Below are positions 1-7,765 of a stretch of DNA of 41,245 nt, piece after piece (position 1 is the first letter of the stretch; the number at the start of each line of letters is the position of its first letter). The notes beneath the pieces are model-generated. The model saw only the letters and a program-made list of their open reading frames with translations. It made no database searches and had not been told where the DNA came from. Both the position numbers and the translations under genes were made by a program. Where the stretch lies: assembly GCA_964587325.1 (NCBI GenBank), contig CAZPLI010000002.1, positions 1 to 41,245 on the forward strand, given 5' to 3'. This DNA is from an uncultured Thermofilaceae archaeon. GTDB taxonomy: Archaea; Thermoproteota; Thermoprotei; Thermofilales; JAPDKD01.

Positions 1-88
1 CCCCGGCCGGGATTCGAACCCGGGCTCTGCGGCTCGAAAGGCCGCCATCCTTTAGGCCCGCGCGTTGACCTGGCTAGACGACCGGGGC
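1..88 (-). tRNA. tRNA-Glu(UUC), 3' end cut by the window edge, with a 14-nt non-canonical intron in the D-loop
   Basis: Reverse complement reads GCCCCGG-TC-GTCT-AGCCAGGTCAA-[CGCGCGGGCCTAAA]-GGAT-G-GCGGC-CTTTCGA-GCCGC-AGAGC-CCGGG-TTCGAAT-CCCGG-CCGGGG. This is a full cloverleaf with anticodon TTC (+36..38). The last acceptor base and discriminator lie outside the window. The 14 surplus nt are at +51..64. Confidence 0.8.
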
Positions 89-111
89 CTTCACATCAAT
101 AATTCTCATTG

Positions 112-121
112 CTTTAAAAAG
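112..121 (-). promoter_or_regulatory. TATA-like box for tRNA-Glu
   Basis: Minus strand reads CTTTTTAAAG, ending about 23 nt upstream of tRNA position +1 (88). This is typical archaeal TATA spacing. Confidence 0.45.
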
Positions 122-229
122 CTGACGAGCCCTATCACGGAGTAGGGCAATGTATTTTACATGCCAGCGTGGCGTGGTCAGTGGGGATGACGTAGGTTTC
201 GCGCCCTGAGTGGTGAAGAGGGGTCCCTT

Positions 230-2062
230 GTGAGACTGACCCGCGAGCCTGACCGTACTAAGACGGCTATTGAACGGCTCAAGGTCATCTCGGCGCGGCT
301 ATACTGGTGCCCTCGCTGCAACGTACCTTTGCTCGAGAGCCAGTGTGGCTTATGTGGAGGCGACGCCTTAAGCGTACATATCACGCCCCCCGGAGATGCT
401 AGGCCAGCCTTTACTGGAGACCTCAAAAGACTGAGAGGAGCCCTTGCAGAGTACTTTCGTGACAAGTATGCTGTGGAGAAGTTCTTACCTCGACGTAAGC
501 TAGTGCTCTTAAATAAGATACAGTACCCCGATGCAGCGGATGAGGTGATTGTTGACGGGCAGATAGTAGGGCATCTATTTTATGACCTCTTTGAAAGAAA
601 ATGGAGATTTAAGCCGCTATATGCTGGTGTAGCTCAAATAGTAGAGGAAGAGTTAGCACCCTTCGCGATTGTTAGCTTACCCAAGATTACTAGGAATTAC
701 GTAATAAAACGGTCAAAAATTACTAAAGAAGAGGTTATTTGGGAGAAAGGTCGGTTCGTCGCGATCGAGCTAGAAAGCAAAACTATGCAAGGTGTAGCGG
801 AGGTCGTTAGAGGCAAGAGGCTTAGGGTAATTAAGGCCTGGCCCTGGAAAAGAAGACTCAAGCTTAAGGGCGAGCCTACGTGGGCTGACGTCGTTCGAGC
901 TAACTCTCGACGCTTAGACAAACTAGAGAAAGAGGCTATTGAGTTCATCAGAGACCTTGTGGAGAAGTACAAACTCCCCGTGTTCGTCTCGTTTTCTGGG
1001 GGTAAAGACAGTCTAGTGACATTTAGGCTTGCAGAAAAAGCACTTGGCTACAAACCCGACATACTATTCAACGATACCGGGCTTGAGCTACCTGAAACTG
1101 TGAGGTATGTACGGGAGTTTGCGCGCAGGGAAGGTGTACGCCTACTCGTGGCTAGCGCGGGCGACGCTTTCTGGAGGGGCCTGCAGGTCCTAGGCCCACC
1201 TGCACGAGACTATAGGTGGTGCTGTAAGGTTGCCAAGCTCATTCCTATAGCCAGAGCTGTAAGGCGGGCCTACCCGCATGGCGCTTTGTCTCTCGTAGGG
1301 CAGAGGAAGTACGAATCAGCTCTAAGAGCTGTTTCTCCCAGGATATGGAGGAATATATGGATTCCCGGCACAGTGTCTGCGTCACCTATACATGACTGGA
1401 CGGCGCTCGACGTATGGCTATACATTTTACGTGAGAAGCTACTCGTGAATCCGCTCTACTACATGGGATTCGACAGATTGGGCTGCTGGCTCTGTCCAGC
1501 GAGTGAGATTGCTGAGCTCGAGACGGTGAGAGAAATTCACCCAGAGCTGTGGAGTAAGTGGGAAGGCTATTTGTTCGACTATGCTGATAAGAGAGGCTAT
1601 CCTCGAGAATGGGTGGTCTTAGGACTGTGGAGGTGGTTAAAACTTCCAGGGGATATAGTGCGTGTGGCTAAGCGGTTAAGAGTTAACCTGGACTATAGAG
1701 AGAAACGTAGCTTAATAGTAGACGTGTCACGCAGAGACTCGCATATCATCGCGACTGTGAGCGGGATCGAGGAGCTCGAAAAGCGTGTCAGCTCTCTCGT
1801 ACACATACTTGGAGCCGTTAATGTGCGTGTAAAAGGAGAGAACGTAATCTTTGAGGGCGATGTATCCGAGCAGCAGGTACGTGTGCTAATAATGCGTGCA
1901 GCGTACTGTGTACAGTGCGGAGCCTGCGAGCTCAGATGTCCTACCGGTGCTATAAAGGTAGGCAAATACCCAGTGGTTGACCCAGAGAAATGTACTCGGT
2001 GTAGACTATGCAACTTAGCGTGCCCTATTGCGGTCTTTAGCGCCAAGACTGAGCCCTCTTAA
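230..2062 (+). CDS. PP-loop ATP pyrophosphatase / PAPS-reductase-family protein with N-terminal zinc ribbon and C-terminal 2x[4Fe-4S] ferredoxin domain
   Basis: 610-aa ORF with GTG start. Contains CPRC..CGLCG, the PP-loop SFSGGKDS, and C-terminal CVQCGACELRCP and CTRCRLCNLACP ferredoxin motifs. Confidence 0.7.
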   Translation: MRLTREPDRTKTAIERLKVISARLYWCPRCNVPLLESQCGLCGGDALSVHITPPGDARPAFTGDLKRLRGALAEYFRDKYAVEKFLPRRKLVLLNKIQYPDAADEVIVDGQIVGHLFYDLFERKWRFKPLYAGVAQIVEEELAPFAIVSLPKITRNYVIKRSKITKEEVIWEKGRFVAIELESKTMQGVAEVVRGKRLRVIKAWPWKRRLKLKGEPTWADVVRANSRRLDKLEKEAIEFIRDLVEKYKLPVFVSFSGGKDSLVTFRLAEKALGYKPDILFNDTGLELPETVRYVREFARREGVRLLVASAGDAFWRGLQVLGPPARDYRWCCKVAKLIPIARAVRRAYPHGALSLVGQRKYESALRAVSPRIWRNIWIPGTVSASPIHDWTALDVWLYILREKLLVNPLYYMGFDRLGCWLCPASEIAELETVREIHPELWSKWEGYLFDYADKRGYPREWVVLGLWRWLKLPGDIVRVAKRLRVNLDYREKRSLIVDVSRRDSHIIATVSGIEELEKRVSSLVHILGAVNVRVKGENVIFEGDVSEQQVRVLIMRAAYCVQCGACELRCPTGAIKVGKYPVVDPEKCTRCRLCNLACPIAVFSAKTEPS

Positions 2063-2110
2063 AGAGAGACCAGTGGGAACGAATATACGACGGGAATCCG
2101 CGTGACACAA

Positions 2111-2169
2111 GGGCTATGAGGACAAACTCTCGCACGGAAGGGTGACAGAGCGAGCAGCCACTGAGCCCC
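2111..2169 (+). ncRNA. candidate C/D box sRNA
   Basis: GGGCt-ATGAGGA(C)-12 nt-CGGA(D')-agg-GTGACAG(C')-12 nt-CTGA(D)-GCCC. The spacing is exactly 7-12-4-3-7-12-4, with a 4-bp terminal stem. The C' and D' boxes are degenerate. Confidence 0.5.
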
Positions 2170-2221
2170 GCTGTTTCGCTAGGTTTTTCTCGGAGCACTA
2201 GGACTAGTAAGGGCGGTCAAC

Positions 2222-2377
2222 GTGACACTGTGGGAATTACGCTGTGAGGTATGTGGTAACATTAGGTTCCTCGACCTAGGATTTGACCTAACAGAAATGA
2301 AGAGAGTATACGTGTACTGTGAAGTTTGTGGTAGAAACACTTTCCATACAGTCTTAGGGCCGCGAGAGAGGGAGTAA
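2222..2377 (+). CDS. small zinc-ribbon protein (51 aa), absent from the ORF track
   Basis: GTG..TAA ORF translating VTLWELRCEVCGNIRFLDLGFDLTEMKRVYVYCEVCGRNTFHTVLGPRERE. It has two CEVCG knuckles and ends 4 nt before the maf start. An in-frame stop lies at 2180-2182. Confidence 0.45.
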   Translation: MTLWELRCEVCGNIRFLDLGFDLTEMKRVYVYCEVCGRNTFHTVLGPRERE

Positions 2378-2381
2378 GCGC

Positions 2382-3011
2382 ATGGGAAGAACAGTAATTC
2401 TGGCCTCTTCCTCGCATGCGCGAAGGGAATTGCTCCAGAGATACTTAGGGGGAACACTCAATGTATACATTCCTCATGGAGAGATCGAAGCTCCACGGTC
2501 TGCGAGTTTTAAGAAGGCCTGTAAGCACGCTATCATAGCAGCACTCGCGAAAGCTCTGAGTACTGTTGAGAGTAGACGGGTGAAGGCTAATTACATTGTT
2601 GCTGCCGATACGCTAGTATATATTGACGGCAAAGTCCTCGGTAAGCCCCGTACCGAGGATGAAGCACGAAATTACCTTCTGCTTCTCAGAGGAAAATGGC
2701 ACTTAGTCATAACAGGCCTGGCGGTCTTAGGTATAGCCAAACGGGCCGTGGCGCTAGACTATGTAGTAACACACGTGAAGATGAGAAATTACAATGATGC
2801 AGAGCTTGAGGCCTACTTAGCATCGGGAGAATGGCGTGGCAAGGCGGGAGGTTACGCTATACAGGGGCGTGGCGCGCTCCTAGTCGAGGCAATTGCAGGT
2901 TGCTTCTATAATGTTATAGGACTACCGTTATCAAGGCTTTACGAACTAGTGGTTAAGTCAGGGCTCGGTTTTGAGGAGTGGTGGGACAGGTCTATCAGCT
3001 CAGAAGACTAG
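2382..3011 (+). CDS. maf: Maf-like nucleoside-triphosphate pyrophosphatase
   Basis: ILASSSHARRELL, VAADTLVYIDGKVLGKP, GKAGGYAIQG, NVIGLP. Confidence 0.85.
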   Translation: MGRTVILASSSHARRELLQRYLGGTLNVYIPHGEIEAPRSASFKKACKHAIIAALAKALSTVESRRVKANYIVAADTLVYIDGKVLGKPRTEDEARNYLLLLRGKWHLVITGLAVLGIAKRAVALDYVVTHVKMRNYNDAELEAYLASGEWRGKAGGYAIQGRGALLVEAIAGCFYNVIGLPLSRLYELVVKSGLGFEEWWDRSISSED

Positions 3012-3625
3012 CTTTTCAGGAACTTGTCTATAAATTCCTCGAAAGAGTATTCGTCACCTACTTCAGCTTTAAGCCGCTCGACATAGTAGATTAATCTCCC
3101 TTCGTCTACCGGCTCAAGGCTGCTACTCCTCTCACGGGCTAGTCTGTTGAGTATTTCAATCATTTCTGAAATCAGAGTTGACCTTCTTCTTGCGATCTGC
3201 TTTTTAAGCTTAAAATATGTAGTTCTGTCAATTTCTCCTCTGACAAATCCAATATCTGTCTCTATTCCCGCACTATCAAGAGCATTGAGTTCCTTTACTA
3301 TTTTCTCTAGTTTCTCTATATATTGACTACTAATGTTACTTTTACGTCCTGTGTGGCGGGGCTTTCTCACGATCTTACTTGTGCTTACTTTCGCTATTAA
3401 GCGCCCATCTACGATACTTACATCCTTAGGCCTCAGCTTTATGAGCTGCCCACTGCTAGTTTCAATGTGGAGTTCCTTAGCTTTCCAGTCACTCCGCTTT
3501 AATACTATGCGTTTAATCACTCCGAGTAGCTCCCCCTCCGACGAGTATACGGGTAGCTTCAGAAGTTTAGCAAAGAACTCCTTTCCCCTAACCTTATCTA
3601 GCCGCTTAGTCACTACACTCCCCAC
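3008..3625 (-). CDS. PRC-barrel protein with C-terminal coiled-coil region, CdvA-like architecture
   Basis: N-terminal PRC-barrel-like segment (LPVYSSEGELLGVIKRIVL...IKLRPKDVSIVDGRLI) followed by about 110 aa of helical/coiled-coil sequence (VRGEIDRTTYFKLKKQI...). The family call is from architecture only. Confidence 0.45.
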   Translation of the reverse strand: MGSVVTKRLDKVRGKEFFAKLLKLPVYSSEGELLGVIKRIVLKRSDWKAKELHIETSSGQLIKLRPKDVSIVDGRLIAKVSTSKIVRKPRHTGRKSNISSQYIEKLEKIVKELNALDSAGIETDIGFVRGEIDRTTYFKLKKQIARRRSTLISEMIEILNRLARERSSSLEPVDEGRLIYYVERLKAEVGDEYSFEEFIDKFLKS

Positions 3626-3698
3626 AATGCCTATCTAGTGAAGAGGTTTAAGCTCCAAACATAGTCCGCGCGCTCAATACCTCTGTAGAGTAGCAGTA

Positions 3699-3986
3699 AT
3701 GTGCCTGCACTGTGCGAAGGATTTTCTAAAGGCGTCTGCGGAGGTCTCTCCGGTGATTGGGATGGAGGAGGCTCTTACCGAATGTCTACAAAGCATGATA
3801 AGAGTACTTAGGTTTTCTAGTTCATTTACTAAGCGAGACGAGAAAGAATTGAAGAAAATTCTTAAGAAGCTTGAGCCTGGCGACCTAACTTACCTTGCTA
3901 ACCTTTTCGACGAACTATATGAGGAGATAAGGGCAAGAATTGAGGAGACTTGTCAAGCGTCAGAGAGGGGGCTAGCAGGGGAGTGA
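3699..3986 (+). CDS. hypothetical protein (95 aa)
   Basis: ATG-initiated ORF with a helical, charged composition and no recognisable motif. Confidence 0.4.
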   Translation: MCLHCAKDFLKASAEVSPVIGMEEALTECLQSMIRVLRFSSSFTKRDEKELKKILKKLEPGDLTYLANLFDELYEEIRARIEETCQASERGLAGE

Positions 3987-4060
3987 TCGCTCATCGCTCG
4001 CCTACCGTGAGGCACATCATCCGCCGAGAGACTCGAGATACCTAGGGGATTTAAGCATTG

Positions 4061-5575
4061 TTAAGCGTTGACTCGCTGAGAGTATGAGTCCCAGTTCTCG
4101 AGTATCTCTGACACTTTCTTTGGCAAATCCTCTATCTTCACTCTAATCTGCTCCCTGGTATCTCGGAACCTTATAGTCACCGTACCATCCTCTAGTGTCT
4201 GCCCATCTATCGTTACGCCCAGCGGGACTCCCGCTTCGTCGGCCCTAGCATATCGTCTACCTATGCTGCCCTTTTCATCGTACAAGACAGTGAATTTGTC
4301 TTTTAGCATTAGATAGATCTCTCGGGCTTTCTTAACGAAGGGTTCCTTTGTGACTAGGGGGTAAACACCGACCTTTATTGGGGCTACACGAGCATGTAGG
4401 GACAGGACTCTCCTCCCCTCTATGATCCTATAAGCGTCAGTTAGCAGGGCTAGGATTACTCGGTCAAGACCGAAGGACGGCTCGATAACATAGGGAATTA
4501 CCTTTTCATCACCGTCGTATATGCTCAGGTCCTTACCACTGAACTCCTGGTGCCGCTTCAGGTCGTAGTCTGTTCTGTTCGATATGCCTTCGATCTCTTT
4601 CCAGCCCATAAAGGGGAAGAAGTACTCTACGTCGAACGTCTGTATAGCGTAATGGGCGAGCTCGGTCTTAACATGCTCTCTCACTCTCAGTCTCTCCTTC
4701 CTAAGCCCTATTCTCCACAGCCACTTTAGTGATTCTCCTATCCAGTAGGCGTGCCATTTGGTAGTTATTAATCCAGAGTCGAAGGCCTCCTCGAGAGTCA
4801 TTGTTTTAGCCTCCTTCTCTCCTCTCTCTTGCATCTCAGCACTCAGAATGTTAATCTCGAGCCCCCTGACTTCATCCCAGAAGGGGCAGTCATTCATCTT
4901 CTTTGGATTCACAAAGTACTCAATTTCCATCTGTTCAAATTCTCTCGCGCGGAACGTAAAGTTCCGGGGTGAGATCTCGTTCCTGAAGGCTTTACCGACT
5001 TGAGCGACCCCGAAGGGGAGCTTAAGCCTTGCAGTTATGTGTATGTCCTTGAAGTTCGTGAATATGAGCTGGGCGGTCTCCGGTCGTAGGTACGCCAGAT
5101 TAGCCTTAGTCTGCTTGGGTCCTACATACGTCGTGAACATTAGGTTGAAGGGTACGGGGTCTGAAAGCTCGCCGCCACACTTAGGACATTTTACGTTGTG
5201 CTCTTTAAGCATCCTAGACAAGTACTCTGCGGTTAACTCCTTCACCTCTACACCGTAGTCCTCAAGCAAGTGGTCTGCGCGATACTCAGCGCCGCACTTA
5301 GTACACGTGACAAGGTAGTCTATGAAGGACTCGACGTGACCGCTCGCCTCCCAGGTCCTCGGGTGGGTTATTATGCTACCATGTATCCCCACTATGTCGT
5401 CGCGGCGGCGCACGAAGTAGTACCACCAATCGCTGAGCACCTCTAGTCTCATCTCAGCGCCTAAAGGGCCGTAGTCAAAGAAGCCAGCTATGCCGCCGTA
5501 TATCCTTCCCGAGGGGAACACGAAGCCTCTACTTATACAGAGCCTAGTTAGTTCCTCTAGCGTCGGCCCCTCCAA
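4061..5575 (-). CDS. glyS: glycyl-tRNA synthetase (archaeal/eukaryal type)
   Basis: RGFVFPSGRIYGGIAGFFDYGPLG, FRNEISPR, class II core plus C-terminal anticodon-binding domain. TTG start. Confidence 0.9.
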   Translation of the reverse strand: MEGPTLEELTRLCISRGFVFPSGRIYGGIAGFFDYGPLGAEMRLEVLSDWWYYFVRRRDDIVGIHGSIITHPRTWEASGHVESFIDYLVTCTKCGAEYRADHLLEDYGVEVKELTAEYLSRMLKEHNVKCPKCGGELSDPVPFNLMFTTYVGPKQTKANLAYLRPETAQLIFTNFKDIHITARLKLPFGVAQVGKAFRNEISPRNFTFRAREFEQMEIEYFVNPKKMNDCPFWDEVRGLEINILSAEMQERGEKEAKTMTLEEAFDSGLITTKWHAYWIGESLKWLWRIGLRKERLRVREHVKTELAHYAIQTFDVEYFFPFMGWKEIEGISNRTDYDLKRHQEFSGKDLSIYDGDEKVIPYVIEPSFGLDRVILALLTDAYRIIEGRRVLSLHARVAPIKVGVYPLVTKEPFVKKAREIYLMLKDKFTVLYDEKGSIGRRYARADEAGVPLGVTIDGQTLEDGTVTIRFRDTREQIRVKIEDLPKKVSEILENWDSYSQRVNA

Positions 5576-5685
5576 TACTCCTCACCGCCGCGCGCCTAGC
5601 CGCTAGATGACAGGGGAACCTTAAATCGGTTAACCCTTCTAAGGTGCAAAGGGTTTAATGGGACCCATTAGCCCCTAATCTACAG

Positions 5686-5734
5686 ATGATGTATTTGCCG
5701 AGTGCTGAACAGTGATGAACCATTCATGAACTGA
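5686..5734 (+). ncRNA. C/D box sRNA (2'-O-methylation guide)
   Basis: ATGATGT(C)-atttgccgagtg(12)-CTGA(D')-aca-GTGATGA(C')-accattcatgaa(12)-CTGA(D). This is the canonical archaeal 7-12-4-3-7-12-4 layout, sitting in a 217-bp gap between two minus-strand genes. Confidence 0.85.
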
Positions 5735-5792
5735 TTTCTTTCCTTATAGGTAGCTATACGCGTGGTTGGTACTCACGTGGCTTTATCCATTG

Positions 5793-6803
5793 TTAGACTA
5801 CCCTGTTTGGCATTTCTTTGCCTTCAAGGAATCCCTTAATAGTCTTGATTGTGGTGTCAAGTATTCTCTGTACGGCCTCCCAAGTGTTATAAGCTATGTG
5901 TGGAGTGAGAATAACGTTAGGGTACTTCATTAGTAAGTGTACCTCGAGCCCCTTCCTAAGCTCCTCAGGAGAGAAGCTTCTTGAGCCATGGACTATGTCG
6001 TTTTCCTCTCTAAGCACCCACTCGCCCTCTACTACGTCGAGAGCTGCACCTCCTACAATACCGGCTTCTAAAGCCTCTATTAGGGCCTCGGTCTCTATTA
6101 GACCGCCTCTGGCCGTGTTGACTATTATTGCTCCTTTCTTTACTTTCTTAATGTTATTCCTGTTTATCAAGTGGTGTGTCTGAGGAGTGTAGGGGACGTG
6201 AAGCGTTATTGTATCGGAGGAGGAGAGCAGCGTATCTAAGTCGACGTAGCGTACACCGTAGCGCGTCTTAAGCTCCTCGTTTTCGCGTATATCGTAAGCG
6301 AGTATTTTCATTCCGAAGGCATGTGCGAGCTTTGCCACGTAGCTGCCTATCCTGCCGGTACCTATGATGCCTATAGTTTTACCGGCCAGCTCGTGTCCTC
6401 TCACTTCGGTGACTGTAAAGCGGGGCTGCTGAAGGGCTCTCTCGACGTCTTTGATTCTCCTCATGAGCATGAGGATAAGTAGCATGATAAACTCGGCTAC
6501 TGTTGATGTTCCATAGGCTGGAACGTTAAAAACAGCTATACCTCGATTACGGCAAGCATTAGTATCTATGTGATCAAAGCCTGTCGATCTAGTAACGATA
6601 GCCCTGAGTTTAGGTAGCCTGCTAAGGACTTCTTCATCTATTCTCGAATAAATGAACACGCTTAACACGTCCACGTCTTTAAGCTCCTTAAGATACTCGG
6701 GAGTAAGGGGGTTCCTCTCAAGTATGAGGTCATGGTCTCCTAATTCTCTTTTAATGTACGGTTCCTCCCAACCTTCTAACTCAAAGAATGCTATTCGCGC
6801 CAC
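5793..6803 (-). CDS. D-isomer-specific 2-hydroxyacid dehydrogenase (D-lactate dehydrogenase-like)
   Basis: NAD fold GIIGTGRIGSYVAKLA, RSTGFDHID, VPAYGTSTVAEF, LTPHIAY. Confidence 0.85.
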   Translation of the reverse strand: MARIAFFELEGWEEPYIKRELGDHDLILERNPLTPEYLKELKDVDVLSVFIYSRIDEEVLSRLPKLRAIVTRSTGFDHIDTNACRNRGIAVFNVPAYGTSTVAEFIMLLILMLMRRIKDVERALQQPRFTVTEVRGHELAGKTIGIIGTGRIGSYVAKLAHAFGMKILAYDIRENEELKTRYGVRYVDLDTLLSSSDTITLHVPYTPQTHHLINRNNIKKVKKGAIIVNTARGGLIETEALIEALEAGIVGGAALDVVEGEWVLREENDIVHGSRSFSPEELRKGLEVHLLMKYPNVILTPHIAYNTWEAVQRILDTTIKTIKGFLEGKEMPNRVV

Positions 6804-6980
6804 ATAGCATATATGAAGAGTGTGGTTATTAAGTTACTCTTTCAACGCACCATTAAGACTGGAAGATGCTTGTAAAGCGAGTACGATTCATGTGATTCTT
6901 AGATCTTTTACGTCAATTAATATTTTAACTGCTTCTCGAGTTCAATCTCGTATTCCTTCCCTTGCTCACCGGAGGTTTTC

Positions 6981-7004
6981 TACTTTATTTTATACTTTAT
7001 TTTA
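6981..7004. repeat. perfect 12-bp tandem duplication (tactttatttta x2) inside an AT-rich spacer
   Basis: Read directly: tactttatttta tactttatttta at 6981-6992 and 6993-7004. Confidence 0.9.
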
Positions 7005-7313
7005 TTCTCTATTAATGCTATGCCTGGGTTCTCTACCGATTTCTTAGTGCTCTCTTTCCTGCAAAGAGCCGCGTCTCTGCAAAGTCAAGATGAAACTGCG
7101 ATGTATTTTATGACTGTAAAAGGTTTAGCGTGCTATAAGATCCTCCTCCCTTGAACGGTCATTATCATACGTTACAATAATGTCTCGCGGTTATAGCTCG
7201 ACCAATACACCTTGTTCTTCTTGCGCATGCAGTAAGCTTAACATTTGTCTCTTACCTGCAAGCCCGAGAAAACGAAATTAGGGTGTGATTAGGTCATATT
7301 AGATCGGGGGCTT

Positions 7314-7640
7314 ATGGCTAGTAGGAGAGGACCTGGTAGGGCTCGAGGGTTGGACATAGAGTCTCTTCCTTATAAGATCCGGGTATACATGAATAATCAG
7401 GTGCTTATTCCTGCTAAACTTGTAAGGAAACTAGGAATCGAGAATTCTGAGTACGCACGCGTAGTTATAAAGTATGGGGGGCACTCCGAGACACTCGTCG
7501 TTAAGCTCCTTAGGACGCGTAATACCTTCTCAAGGCAGTTTACCATCCCGAAGAGTGTAAGAGAGAAACTAGGGATAGAACCCGGATGTGAAGTAGAGGT
7601 AGTATCGGTCGAGCCTTATTCTCCTGGGTCTGGCGACTAA
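7314..7640 (+). CDS. AbrB/SpoVT-family DNA-binding protein
   Basis: Two swapped-hairpin-like motifs, VLIPAKLVRKLGI and FTIPKSVREKLGIEPGCEVEV. The true start may be the internal MNNQV. Confidence 0.65.
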   Translation: MASRRGPGRARGLDIESLPYKIRVYMNNQVLIPAKLVRKLGIENSEYARVVIKYGGHSETLVVKLLRTRNTFSRQFTIPKSVREKLGIEPGCEVEVVSVEPYSPGSGD

Positions 7641-7765
7641 ATGAGTCTCCGTAAGAGAGGAAGCCGGGGGCTCTTGGACTTACTGTGTATATACGTAGAG
7701 GGGACGATGGCGAGGCGATTATTGAGAGCCGCAACAGTTAACCTGGAGGCTGAGGTTGTTCTCTA

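Noticed and set aside
187-239. C/D-box-like string ATGACGT-12-CTGA-gtg-GTGAAGA...CTGA
   Set aside because: The first half has correct spacing, but the second guide would be 16 nt (or 10 nt using GTGA). Both C-type boxes are degenerate and there is no terminal stem. The element also runs into the GTG start of the 610-aa CDS. This is probably chance.
3960-4019. Minus-strand ATGATGT box (complement of 4013-4019) suggesting a C/D sRNA between convergent genes
   Set aside because: The downstream boxes (GCGA, ATGAGCG) are poor. The only CTGA lies 24 nt beyond the putative C' box, and the element would overlap the 3' end of the 95-aa CDS. The geometry does not fit.
7180-7281. 33-aa Cys-rich mini-ORF (MSRGYSSTNTPCSSCACSKLNICLLPASPRKRN)
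   Set aside because: It is too short. There is no convincing ribosome-binding or promoter geometry and no way to test conservation here. I kept it only as a note within the AT-rich spacer finding.
6804-7313. Replication origin in the AT-rich spacer
   Set aside because: I could find no ORB or mini-ORB-like inverted repeats (such as TCCAGTGGAAA-type) by eye. There is no orc1/cdc6 or whiP gene adjacent. AT-richness and one tandem repeat are insufficient evidence.
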